A DNA stretch of 59,323 nucleotides, from the NCBI GenBank assembly GCA_052055015.1, contig JBQJIT010000023.1; one strand, 5' to 3'. The position numbers were made by a program, and so were the translations under genes. Below the pieces are notes generated by a model. It was not told where the DNA came from and ran no database searches. It saw only the letters and a list, made by a program, of their open reading frames with translations. This DNA is from Malassezia furfur. Taxonomy: Eukaryota. This document shows positions 11,754 to 22,647 of the stretch, piece after piece. Every line of letters begins with the position of its first letter. Position 1 is the stretch's first letter.

Positions 11754-13629
11754 ATGGAACAAGAGACGCGCCGCGTGCAGCTTCCGCCGCGGTCCGAGTA
11801 CCGCATCGAGCTTGACGCAGGCGAAGCTCTCTCGGTTCGGTTCATAGCAGATCCATCGGGGCACTATGGCGACGCGGAAGTATTTGGCGCACCGCTGATC
11901 GGTGGGACTCAGGAGCGTTGGTACACGTTTGGCAACGAGGCCAAGTTTGCCATTTCCTCATGGGGCGGCGCCGAGATTGAGCTGGCGGGGAGTGCATCGA
12001 CCGAGTACATGGCGGACGAACCATCCCCCGTGTACACGTACTATACCAATCTCCATCTCAATCTCGAACGCGCTCGTATTCGGGCTCGCGAACAGCTGCG
12101 TACCGACAAGAATCTGGTTCAATCGCTCAAGGAGCAGGATGTATCTAAGACGGACGCAGTGCCTTCTTATGATGACCCACACGCTAAGCCCCAAAACGAA
12201 CTGTATCATGCCGCAGGCCAGGGACCTCGACTTATGGTAGTGGGTCCCGAATGTGCCGGGAAGACGTCCCTGATCAAATTCCTGGCGAATTATGCAATGC
12301 GCTCGCCTGCCCTCGCAAGCATTCAAGAGGGACTGGAGGCAGAGCGAAAAGCGCAACAGGATGAAGAAGAGGCGCTTTCTGAAGACGAAGACGCACCGTC
12401 TACGCGCAAAGCGACAGACGGAGAGGAGTTTAGCGAAGTGACGGGGTGGTGGCCCATGATTGTGGCGCTTGACCCCTCGGAGGGAGCGGTGCCCGTGCCC
12501 GGGTGCTTGAGCGCCATTCCTCTGCGTCCGACGCCGGTTAACTGTTTGCCATCGCCGTCGCCTGCCCTGCCGTATGGCGTGACGCCGCAAACGACGGGCG
12601 CACTGCCCCCCACTGTTTCTACGGCCGAGAGTGTCATGCCCTTGGTGCACTGGTTGGGCAAGCAGAACGTGCGCGAGAACGAACAGCATACCCGTCGTGT
12701 CGTGGACTGTCTCGCACACCAAGTCGAGAAGCGTATGATCAAAGACACACGCGCACGCATGTCGGGTCTCCTGCTCGATATGCCCGGCGTTGTGACGTCC
12801 GACTCGCGTACGCGCTACTCTTACATCCAATACTGTGCGCGTGCTTTCAAGGTGGACATGATCGTGGTGCTGGGTCATGAGAAGCTCAATCTAGAACTCT
12901 CTAAGATCTTTGCGGCGGATCCCGCTGGGAGCGCCATCCAGATCGTGAAAATGCCGAAATCGGGAGGGGTACGTTTCGCTATTAACCCAGGCCGTGGATG
13001 TCGACGAAGTGTATCGCCAGAAACTGCAGGATCTCCAAATCCGCTCCTACTTCTATGGCATGCAGCCTGCAATTCCCAAGGACATTGGTTCGGGTGAAGC
13101 CGAGGAAGGAACAGCGCTGTACGGCGGTCGTGCGCCCTTGCCTGGTCACACAGAGCCGCTTGGTGGTGTACCGACGCTGAATCCCTACTCGTCCTCCATT
13201 CCGCTGGACCTCCTTGGTCTTTTCCGTGTCGGGCAAGGTACGTCTGCCCCACTCATCCAGACCGCATTGCTCCATCGTCTGCTCTTCCCATTGGGGCAGA
13301 GCGTGTGGTGTCGGAACTTCAGGTCGTCAAGCTGGACCCCATCAACTCGACGAGTGATACCTCTTCACTATTGCACTCGATCGTGGCCCTGGTGGATGTG
13401 CCCAGCGATGTGGAATTGAATGAAGACGGCTTACCTTCGGAAATGTCGCTGCTGCGTGCGGGTGTTTTGGGATTCATCCACGTCTCTGAGATTGACACCA
13501 ACCGGAAAAAGATGACCGTCTTGTCGCCCAAGCCTGGCAAGCTTCCCACTAAGACGGCACTAATTGGTGTACGTATTACGATGAATGAGTCTACTAACAT
13601 GCTAGAACTTGCACTGGCAAGATGCATAA
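11754..13629 (+). CDS. CLP1: mRNA cleavage factor / polynucleotide 5'-kinase Clp1; three introns (~12970-12990, ~13238-13260, ~13569-13605)
   Basis: EYRIEL, AEVFGAPL, P-loop VVGPECAGKTS, PKSGG, IRSYFYG, GVLGFIHVSEID...MTVLSP. Confidence 0.9.
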
Positions 13630-13642
13630 TGGGTCTCCACGC

Positions 13643-14355
13643 TTAGAAGTCGCCGCCGCCCATGTCGCCGCCCATGTCGCCACCCATGTCGCCACCGCCC
13701 ATGTCGTCGTTCATCTGGCCCTGCATATAGCCGTCCTGGTAGGCGTCCATTTGCATGTGTTCTGTGTTAGAGCGGCATACATACCCATGCCATTCGCAAG
13801 CGCCATACCACCGAGCAGACCAACACCACCGCCAAGCAGACCGGCGCCCATGTTGCCCATACCTCCACCCATACGGCCGCCGCCGAGACCGCCAAAGCGG
13901 CCGCTGCTCATGTAAGACTGTTGCATCATGGGCTGCTGGTATTGTTGCTGGGGATAATACGGTTGCTGGTACGCCTGTTGAGGGTAGTATTGCTGTTGCG
14001 GGTAGTACCCCTGCTGTGGATACGGCTGCTGGCCGGGGCCACCGCCCGACCCGCTGCCGAACTGCCGCTGATCTTGACCCGGTGGCGGACCCGAAGGAGC
14101 CGAATACTGGTTCTTCTCATCCTCCGGGTGAATCCACGTAGACCGAGGCGGGTTCGCGCGCGTGTCCACGTAGAAGTGCTGTTTGTAACTGGGTGAGCAA
14201 GCGGGGAAAACGTACTTGTTATCAAACTGCTTCACCCAACCGTCCGGGAGCGGGCGGGAGTCAGCGCCCTTGGATCCACTGGGCGCATTCTGGCTACTGT
14301 TGCCGTTGTTTCTCGTGCTGTCTTGGTACGCGGGAGGGTCTTCCGGTTTGCCCAT
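13643..14355 (-). CDS. WW-domain protein with Gln/Gly-rich tail (Wwm1-like); two introns
   Basis: RPLPDGWVKQFD|YKQHFYVDTRANPPRSTWIHP, PPAY motif, AYQDGY...DMGGDMGGGDF ending. Confidence 0.8.
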
Positions 14356-14688
14356 GATGGCTAAAGCGCGAAATGCTTGGCGCGTGCCTGAAATGTGGGC
14401 GCCGGGGCCGGAGAAACCCACGTGCAATGACGTCATTTTCCCCGCAGCGGGAGCCGCGCGTCAACACTGCCGAACCACGTGTATGGTGCTGGGGAAGCAC
14501 GTTTGCCAAGGCAAGACTAGAATACGCTCTACGGCTGGCGTTCGCGGATGCCATCCATCGCCGAGCGTGATTGGAGGCGCACACGACCGGGTTGTGCGAG
14601 GAGGATTGCAAGTGAAGTCGCAGAAGCAATCCATGCGTTGCTTCCAACTCCCCTGGAGTAGATCGGTATATACATTCCTCCTGGACAA

Positions 14689-15747
14689 TTATGCAGATCG
14701 GTCACCTTTCTTCTTCTGTTTGCGGGGCGGCGTCATGGGCCGGCCCATGTTGATCCCCCCATACGCATATTTTTGCTTCTTTTCCGCCGGTTTCAAGATC
14801 TGGAAAGAGCAAAGAAGCGTCTCGTCGACGCTCATCATCGCGCCTGCATTGTCAAACTCGCCACAGTAGTTCGGCGCAGAGAAGAGCGTAACCAGCTGCC
14901 GCTTTGCAAAAAACTCATACCCATCCTCAACCACCTGGTGAGCACGGCAAATGAGGTCCATGTCATGCTTGGCCAAGAACCGTGAAACGACATCTGGACC
15001 GAACGTGAAAGATACACCACGGTCGTTCTCCGACCAACCCGAAATGTCCTTGTCGGGATCCGACCACAGCAGATCGCACAACAGGCCCGTATCGGGGACG
15101 TCCGTCGGCCTCATGACACGGCGAATCTGCTCCATACTTTGGAGATCGGGCGAAAGGCCACCGTGCATGGTAAAGATCTTCTCATCGATGATAGCAGCAA
15201 TGGGCAAGCAGTTGAAGCAATCAGTAAACGTCTTCCACAGCTTGATGTTGTAGCGACGCTTACATTCGTCGTAGAACCCATAGATACGGTTGATACTGGC
15301 ACATTCGTGGTTGCCACGCAGAATGAAGAAGTTTTCGGGATACTTGATCTTGTATGCCAGCAGTAGACAGATCGTTTCCAAGCTCTGCTTGCCTCGGTCG
15401 ACGTAATCGCCCAGGAACAGGTAGTTGCTCTCCGGCGGGAAACCACCGTATTCGAACAGACGCAGTAGATCGTAATATTGCCCGTGAATGTCACCTAAGG
15501 TCAGTTGCTGCCCACGTACCGCAAATCTTGATCGGCGCCTCTAGCTCCAACAAGATAGGCTGGTTGATAAAGATGTCACGCGCCGTCAGGCAGAGATACT
15601 TGATCTCGTACTCCTCGAGATGCACGGGCTTCCCCGGTCGGGAGCCACGGACTGATGGTAAGCGTTGCGTGCGGAAGCAGACATACCTTCGAGAAGCCGG
15701 TCGATGATATTGTCTATGTCGACCTCGGCAGGCTGATTGTCCGCCAT
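14689..15747 (-). CDS. GLC7: Ser/Thr protein phosphatase 1 catalytic subunit; two short coding introns (~15496-15519, ~15652-15686) and a 5'UTR intron 15765-15878
   Basis: [35 protein letters not shown] and the TPPR CDK site. Confidence 0.97.
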
Positions 15748-16184
15748 ATTGCTTTGTATCAATTCTGTTGCGTTAGCATATGTCTTCGGTACGGCGAAGA
15801 TATCGTGTGCGCGCCTGCCAGCATCCTCTGCTAAGGGCGAGGAGGGACGCGCGTACACGTCTTCCGAACCATACGTACAAGTTTGAGAAGGTTGAGCACC
15901 AGTGCGGTTTGTGGCAAATTCGTCGCCAACAATGGGATATACGAAGGTGAGTGGGCGACTGCAGGTATTCCTGAAACAGTCTCACAACACTCGGTGGAGA
16001 CGGCAAAGGAAGACGGGTGTCACGTCTCGAGCCAAAGGTGGTACGATGGCGCAAGGTTTGTTCGCGGCTCGGGTTCTTTACAGCCCCGTTGTTTGGCTGG
16101 TACGGCCGAAAGAGTTTTGCAATTAAGATGCTAGGCCCGCGTGCCGGAGCGTCCGATCGGGCTCCCGATCGCCCCAACGTGGAT

Positions 16185-17183
16185 CTACGGAGGCACGTTC
16201 GCCAGGCAGCCCCGTGCTGCAGCGCGCACGGCCGGCGGCGCTGGTTCGCGCGCGTCGGCTGCGTACACTTTATTCAGAAGTAGCTCGGTGGCCATTGCAT
16301 CGATCGCGGGGATCTTCTCGGCCACCGCGTCTCCGTCACTCTGCTTGTCTTTGTGCGCCAGGAGCTGCGTCGCACACTGCGTCAGTGCGAGTGTACCTAC
16401 CAATTTGAGACCCCATAGTGTACGCACCCATGGACCTGACACACGGTCAATGTGGCGCGAATCTTCGCGTTTCAAGTTCCCCTGTCCTAGTTCGAGAATC
16501 CGCAAGTAGATCTTGTAGGCTTTGGCCCACTGCCCCATCGTATAGAGCGTCTCGGCGTACATGAGCAGATAGAAGCTGTTGTGCGGCGCGAGCAACACAA
16601 GCTCCTCAAGGGCATAGGCCGCTTGGGCATATTTGTTCTGCTGCAGGTAAAGCGAAGCCAGCTCCTGCCACGCCTCTTGGTCAAGTGGGAAATGATCGAC
16701 AAAGTCTGCAAGCGCGTCTGTGGCCTCGTGCAGACCATTTGGTTGGCCCCGCATGGCAGCAATACGACGTTTGACAATCAACTGGGTCAGCCAGGTCACG
16801 CACGAGGTGTGACGGTTCCTTGCGCAGGAACTCTTCGTAGAGCAGCTGTGCCTCCTTGAGCAGTCCCTTAGATTCGAGCACGGTGCCTTGGAAGAGCACG
16901 ACGCGTGAGGACTCAGGGAATCGTGTCGTGAGACGAGACAGACACAAGTCCGCGAGCTCATACTTGCCCAGCTCCGCCGACGCGAGGCCGAGCTGCTCCA
17001 AGAACGACCAAAGGTCGTCTCCGAGCGCGTACAACTCGTCATTTTCGAGGATCCACTCGCCATAGCGCACAATGTCAAATGCGTTTCGCTCTGGCGTACT
17101 GCGTGAGCCTCTGACACCTACACCCTGTGTTGCTTGAGCCACGCGAGCGCGCCCTCCAGCGTGATGGGCTCCGCGGCGGTCAT
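16185..17183 (-). CDS. EMC2: ER membrane complex subunit 2 (TPR protein); three short introns
   Basis: WSFLEQL..A, RFPESSRV, D.EAW.ELA.LY, YAQAAYALEELVLLAPHN. Confidence 0.88.
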
Positions 17184-17282
17184 GGCTGGAGACTCCACTT
17201 GCATTCCTCGGCCGAGGGCCTAGGCGCCTCGGCGACGGGTGGCTCCATCCTCGTCTCTGGATCGTATTTGCATTTGGACTCA

Positions 17283-17661
17283 ATGGTGCGTGGACGCGCG
17301 CGACGCTAATGCAGGGAGCCGGTCCTCGTTTTCCGTACCCCAAAGAGGTCTGGTCGCCTGCTGGTACGTGTATACACTCATAAACAGGTGGCTGGTGGAC
17401 TCGGTACGCCGCACTTCCCCGTGCTCTTACACAGTCCGAAAAACTGGGCGAGCAACACGTTCGTCGTCGCGACCGGTATCGGCATTGCAGCATACGGTCT
17501 CTGGAACCTGAGCAGTGAGCGCGAGGTACGTGGATACATCTCACGCAGTTCCGTCACCAGGCGCCTTTGCACCCCATCCCCTCGCAGCTTGTGCGTGACA
17601 CCAACTAACTCAGTGGGCGCGCCAGTTCAAGGATGGCGAGCTGAAGGTGAAGCCCGAGTAG
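17283..17661 (+). CDS. Small mitochondrial complex I accessory subunit (fungal NUUM-like); 6 exons, absent from the ORF track
   Basis: Exons 17283-17285, 17315-17363, 17388-17403, 17435-17525, 17549-17590 and 17614-17661 splice to MGAGPRFPYPKEVWSPAGGWWTRPKNWASNTFVVATGIGIAAYGLWNLSSEREFRHQAPLHPIPSQLWARQFKDGELKVKPE. Confidence 0.85.
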
Positions 17662-17674
17662 AGAATAGAAGAAA

Positions 17675-18681
17675 CTACTTGGTCAACTTAACTGTGCGCT
17701 TCTCATACAGCTGGTTGAACACGGGCATGTTGGCACTGTGTCAGTGCGCGAATACGTACTCGATGCAGCGCTGTACCTCTTGGGGATGCTCCACGGGCTC
17801 CGCCGTCTCCTTGGCCTTCTCCTTGATGAAGCCTGAACTCCCCTCGGCGGACTCGTGGTACTTGCCCCACTTGGCCCAGATGTCCACCGCGCCCGGGTTC
17901 CACGACAACATGGACTCGTCGAACGGCACGCCAAGGGCCCCGCAGTACTGCTCTAGCACTGCACCCGGGTTCTCCAAGAGTACCGAGGCGCTAACGAGCG
18001 GCGGGGGCATCGCCTGTTCCTGCACCGGGAAGCTGGCGTAGCGCTCGTCTGCATCGGCGGGCTGATGGAAGGTAGACGATGGATCAGCGATCCAGTCGTA
18101 CAGCAGCTTGAGCTCCTTGTAACCCGCCTCGGCCGGGTCAAAGAAGTCAAAGCCTGCAGCCTTCTCCTGGGTGCACTTGTAGTAACTCGGGATGCTCTTT
18201 TCCGGGGTGCGGATTAGGAAGGTGTGCTGGAAGCGCTGCAGGAGGGCCGTCGGCAGCACCGTCGGATTCTCACCCGGCTTAACGTTTGCCTGTTTCCCGT
18301 TAGAGGGAAACACGCGCGAGTCGGGGTGCAGCGCGTGCAGCGTCTCCTGCGAGATGATGTACTGGGCCATGTCCTGGTGGTCAGTGCGCCACCTACCTTA
18401 ATGAACACAAAACGGCACGGTGTCTCGCGCGTCTCATTGGCACTCTCAAGCAGGCTCAGAGCAACGCCCTCGAGCGTTTTGTTGTAGCCCTCGCTCTTCC
18501 GGCACTCTTCGTCCGAGTACCGGTGGCACGCGCGCTCCTGGCCGAAATAGAAGGGATCTCCCAGCGGTTCGTGGAACGTCTGCGTGTCTTTGCGCTGCAG
18601 AAACGCGCGCTCAAATGCGGTCGAGCACGAACGGGGATGGCACCACACAATGATCGGTTTAATGTCCTTGGAAACGTTCAT
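17675..18681 (-). CDS. Sulfotransferase-like P-loop protein (BCAT-like protein 2 N-terminal family); two introns
   Basis: VWCHPRSCSTAFERAF, FHEP, FIK|DMAQY, HTFLIRTPEKSIPSYY, LGVPFDESMLSW. Confidence 0.8.
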
Positions 18682-18797
18682 GGTGTCGGAATACGTATTT
18701 CCCGGGCCCGGCCCCAACCTCGCTCCCACGCATTCTTGGAACCCAGGCGGTGTACCGCTTAGATCCTATACACGTAACATTGGGTGTGCGCGGCGGC

Positions 18798-20036
18798 ATG
18801 CGAACGTCGTCGGTGTCGAAGCATACAGTGCCGCCGGTGTATGCGTGCTACCTGCTACGCTCGCAAGCCAAGCCGAATGTAACGTACGTTGGCTCGACCC
18901 CCGACCCGGCGCGCCGCCTGCGTCAGCACAACGGGCAGATTGCTGCGGGCGCATTCCACACGCGCTTCGCACGGCCCTGGCAGATGGATCTAGTGGTATG
19001 TGGTTTCCCGTCGCGCCTCGCGGCGCTGCAGTTCGAGTGGTCGTGGCAGAAACCCAACATTTCGCGGCACCTTCGCCGCGTGGACGTCGCGAGCCCGTTG
19101 GCAGTGCATGCGGGGCGAAGCTCGGAGCCATTGTTCCCCGGCGACCGACCGTCGGTGTCGACGGACCGCGCCGGCAAGCGGCGCACCAAGCTGCGCGTGA
19201 GCGTTGTACCAGAGAACCGTTTTCTTGTGATGCGTGCGCTGCTTGCCTCGGAGCCGTTCTGTTTCTGGAACTTGCAGGTGATCTTTTTCACCGAGTGGGC
19301 CTACGGCGTCTGGCTGCATTTGGAGCGCACGGCGCCGGCGCCGCTCTTTGCGACAGGGCGCGTCACGGGGCGTGTGCTCCCTGCAACATATCCACGAATC
19401 GTGTGCGACTTTACCGGCGTGAGCGGCACTGCGACGCCGCTCGCGTCCGACACTCCCTGGCCCGAGTTGCCTGAGGCCCAGACAGAGTCTGCATGGCAAA
19501 AGCAACAGCGCAATCCGCGTCGGCGCAAGAAACGTGACGAGGACGACAATACAGGGTGGCCGGAGCGCATGCCGCTGGCGCGCTCGGCGCCTGCGCTCGG
19601 ATTGACGTGGGACGAATTGCACCGCGCGCCCCAAGCGCCTACCCTGCCGCCGTCGCGGGCCAAAGCGTCTCCTGCGCCTCGGCACGACGACCATGCATGC
19701 ACAGCGTTGGAGCGAACGCTCCTAGAGCGCAGCACAGATACCCCCCTGCCGGCCGCGAAGCAGGCATTTGTGCAGAAGGCCCGGACGTGTGGTCTGTGCC
19801 ACGAGCCGGTGGACCTGCACGACGCGACGGCCTACTCGCTCTGCCCGTCGCGCACACAAACGTGCACCGACGTCTTCCACCTCGAGTGCCTTGCACAGCA
19901 CAGCCAGGATGCACACCCTGCGCCACGCACGTTTTGTCTGCCGCTTGAGAGCGCGTGTCCTTCGTGCCAAGGCACTCCGGCACCGTGGCCCGAGGTGGTG
20001 CGCCGCGTGTTCCGCCGTGCCGAGCTACTGTCCTAA
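18798..20036 (+). CDS. SLX1: Structure-specific endonuclease Slx1 (GIY-YIG + RING-like)
   Basis: YACYLLRS, YVGSTPDPARRLRQHNG, ALQFEWSWQ and C-terminal CxxC...HLECLA...CPSC. Confidence 0.93.
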   Translation: MRTSSVSKHTVPPVYACYLLRSQAKPNVTYVGSTPDPARRLRQHNGQIAAGAFHTRFARPWQMDLVVCGFPSRLAALQFEWSWQKPNISRHLRRVDVASPLAVHAGRSSEPLFPGDRPSVSTDRAGKRRTKLRVSVVPENRFLVMRALLASEPFCFWNLQVIFFTEWAYGVWLHLERTAPAPLFATGRVTGRVLPATYPRIVCDFTGVSGTATPLASDTPWPELPEAQTESAWQKQQRNPRRRKKRDEDDNTGWPERMPLARSAPALGLTWDELHRAPQAPTLPPSRAKASPAPRHDDHACTALERTLLERSTDTPLPAAKQAFVQKARTCGLCHEPVDLHDATAYSLCPSRTQTCTDVFHLECLAQHSQDAHPAPRTFCLPLESACPSCQGTPAPWPEVVRRVFRRAELLS

Positions 20037-22600
20037 TGTACACTCTCTCGGTACTCCAAAAATGCCCGTAGGTTCTCGACGCTTTCCTGCGTCGCCACGT
20101 AGAGCGGGACGTTGACGCGGCGGTCCATTTGCTTCAGCACACGCGCCGCAGGACCGACGAGTGCAGTAAGCTGCGCCTGCAGGTTGTGCGTGCGGTACAC
20201 CGAGTCCCACGGCGCGAGCTCGTTGGCGTACGTGTCCATCACCGCATTGATCGACGCCACGAGCAGCTCGGCATGCCGCGCGTCCTGGCACGCGGCGCGC
20301 ACCGCGTCCACAAACAGCTCGCCAAGCAGCCCATACACGTGCAGGTATGCGGCGGGCGGCTCGGGGGTGTGCACGCGGTACGCCTGCGACCGCGCAAGCA
20401 CCGCCAGCGTGCCGAGGCTCTTGACGCGGACGTCGGTCATGCGCGCGGATTGGTAGGCGGCCTGCAGCGCGGTGACGTAGGGCGCGGGCGCCTCGTCCTG
20501 CACAAGCGGCAGCTGCCCCTCGAGGATGCGCGCCAACGACCACAAGCTGCCGAGGCACGTATCGACGATCGCCAGCCCGTCCTGCGCGGCGGTCGCATGG
20601 GATGGGGCGGACAGGGCCGAGGCACGCTCGTCGCCCACGCCTGTTTCGACCTCGACGACGCTCGGCACGGCCGCCCAGTGCGCGGCGATCGCAAACATCT
20701 GCTCCCAGAGGCCGCGAAGTGTCTCGCCAGTGGGCGTCGGGGCCGCCGGCGCGTCTTCGAGGTACGCCGTGCCGACCCACGCGCGCCACAGCGCGATGCG
20801 CTCCAGCGTTTCATCCTCGCTGGGCCACTGCGACGGCGGTGGCGGCGCAAACAGTGCGAGGCGCAGCAGCACGTTGTTCACTGCAGCCACCGCCCGGAGC
20901 TGCACCGCGCGGCGCTGCGCGCTGGGCGTATCCGGCGCTTCGGACGCCGCGGAGGGCGCGGCGAGGCGCACGAGCACCGGCAGCAGCGGCGTCTGCAGCA
21001 GCCGCGCAAAAACCCAGTGGTCCAGCGCATGCGGCTCGGCACGCTCACCGGGATGCGCCGGCTCGCGCTCCATTGCTTCGTCCTCGGCATCACTTGCGTC
21101 CTCGAGCATCTCGAAGTCGCTCTCGTCGTCGTCGTCGAGTGGGAGCTGCGTGATGCTCAGCTGCTCGGCCTGCTCATCACCGCGGCCAAGCATACTCGCG
21201 AGCTCGGCGACAATCTCTAGTGCCAGCTCGACCATTTGCAGCGCGTCGGGCGTGCGCTGCGCGATCAGCTCGTCGACGTTCGCGCTCGCGAGCATCTGTA
21301 CGAGACGCGGGAGGATCTCGTGCACGGTATACTCGCCGAGTGGCCCGTGCTCCGCGACAATTACGGGCGCATCGAGGTGCTCTTCGGCGTGCACACTGCG
21401 CTGGATGTTGCACAGTGCGCCGCTCGTAATCACGCCAAGTGCAGCGTGTGCGGGTACAGGCCCCTCGCGCGGGAGCAGCGCGACTGCCTGCGCCAACAGC
21501 GCGAGACGCTGGCTGCCCTGCGCACGTTTGGCATGCATCTCGCCGGGCGTCGGCAGCGCGACGGCCTCGTGCTCGCGCCGGCGCGCCTTTTTGGAGGTTG
21601 GCAGCCGGCTCGGCAGGCCGACGAGCGCCTTGCCGAGGCCATACTTGGCGTCGTCGCACAGCGCGCACAGCGTGTTGGCACTCGCCATACCGAGACTCGT
21701 GAGCTGCGGCGCAAATGCGCCCTGCGGCGCCGTACCCAGCGCCACGGCCTCACACAGCCAGGCCGCAAGGGTGTCACCAGCAAACGCCGAGCGCACGCCC
21801 TCGGCGTCCGCGGCACCGAGGGCACCTTTGTGCCAATCCCATGACACGGCGCGGACCAGCAGCTTCTCACTCGTCTCGCACACGCACCCCAGCACGGTGA
21901 CCAAACTCTCGCACAGCTCCACCAAACACACGGCGGCGGCGGCGTCCATCGACGCGAGGCGCTGCGGCGCGTCGGCCGCCCACCCCTGGACGTCGACGAG
22001 CGCGAGCGCATCAGGAGCAAACTCGGCGTGTGCCTCCATGGTTTGCGGCAGCGTGCCAGCCTGCAGCTTGGCCGCCTGGCGCCGCTCCTTGCGGTTCATC
22101 TGCTCCACGGGCTTGGCAAGGAGCCGCTCGCGCGCCTCGCGGGCCGGTGCGCGCGCGCGCTCCATCTGGCGCTCCTGGCTCTGAAGGCCGAGCGTAGCCC
22201 AGCGCAGGCAGCCCAGCACGGCCTCGATGCCGCCCTTGTTGGCGATCTCGCCAAACAGGTCACCGGAGCCGTCGATGCACAGGTTTCGCAGCGCGCCGCT
22301 CGCCTCACGGCGCACCTCGAGGTCCGTGTTGGACTCAAGTGCATATATGATGCGACCCACAATGTTCTTCGAGAAAAGCAGGCGCCGGTTGCGCTCGGCG
22401 TGCTCGTCATCGAGCAGCGACGAGATCGACGCCAGCGCCCATACCTGCTCGCCGTTCGGTACTCGTTCGCCCGGACCCGCGGGCAGTTTCGACAACACAG
22501 GAACAACCTCTGCCTTTACCTCCGACACCACTGGCGCTGAGCGGCGCAGCGGGTCGTGCCGCGCCGGGCGCGATCCCAACGCGCGACGGGATTTGGGCAT
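20033..22600 (-). CDS. SYO1: Symportin Syo1/HEATR3 (ARM/HEAT adaptor for 5S RNP import)
   Basis: RHDPL N-terminal motif, RRLLFSKNIV, EASGALRNLCIDG, LALEIVAE followed by an acidic loop, NLRAFLEYR. Confidence 0.8.
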   Translation of the reverse strand: MPKSRRALGSRPARHDPLRRSAPVVSEVKAEVVPVLSKLPAGPGERVPNGEQVWALASISSLLDDEHAERNRRLLFSKNIVGRIIYALESNTDLEVRREASGALRNLCIDGSGDLFGEIANKGGIEAVLGCLRWATLGLQSQERQMERARAPAREARERLLAKPVEQMNRKERRQAAKLQAGTLPQTMEAHAEFAPDALALVDVQGWAADAPQRLASMDAAAAVCLVELCESLVTVLGCVCETSEKLLVRAVSWDWHKGALGAADAEGVRSAFAGDTLAAWLCEAVALGTAPQGAFAPQLTSLGMASANTLCALCDDAKYGLGKALVGLPSRLPTSKKARRREHEAVALPTPGEMHAKRAQGSQRLALLAQAVALLPREGPVPAHAALGVITSGALCNIQRSVHAEEHLDAPVIVAEHGPLGEYTVHEILPRLVQMLASANVDELIAQRTPDALQMVELALEIVAELASMLGRGDEQAEQLSITQLPLDDDDESDFEMLEDASDAEDEAMEREPAHPGERAEPHALDHWVFARLLQTPLLPVLVRLAAPSAASEAPDTPSAQRRAVQLRAVAAVNNVLLRLALFAPPPPSQWPSEDETLERIALWRAWVGTAYLEDAPAAPTPTGETLRGLWEQMFAIAAHWAAVPSVVEVETGVGDERASALSAPSHATAAQDGLAIVDTCLGSLWSLARILEGQLPLVQDEAPAPYVTALQAAYQSARMTDVRVKSLGTLAVLARSQAYRVHTPEPPAAYLHVYGLLGELFVDAVRAACQDARHAELLVASINAVMDTYANELAPWDSVYRTHNLQAQLTALVGPAARVLKQMDRRVNVPLYVATQESVENLRAFLEYRESVH

Positions 22601-22647
22601 GCCGACAAAAAAGTGGAAGGAGTGCTGACTCAGCTTGGACACGGACC

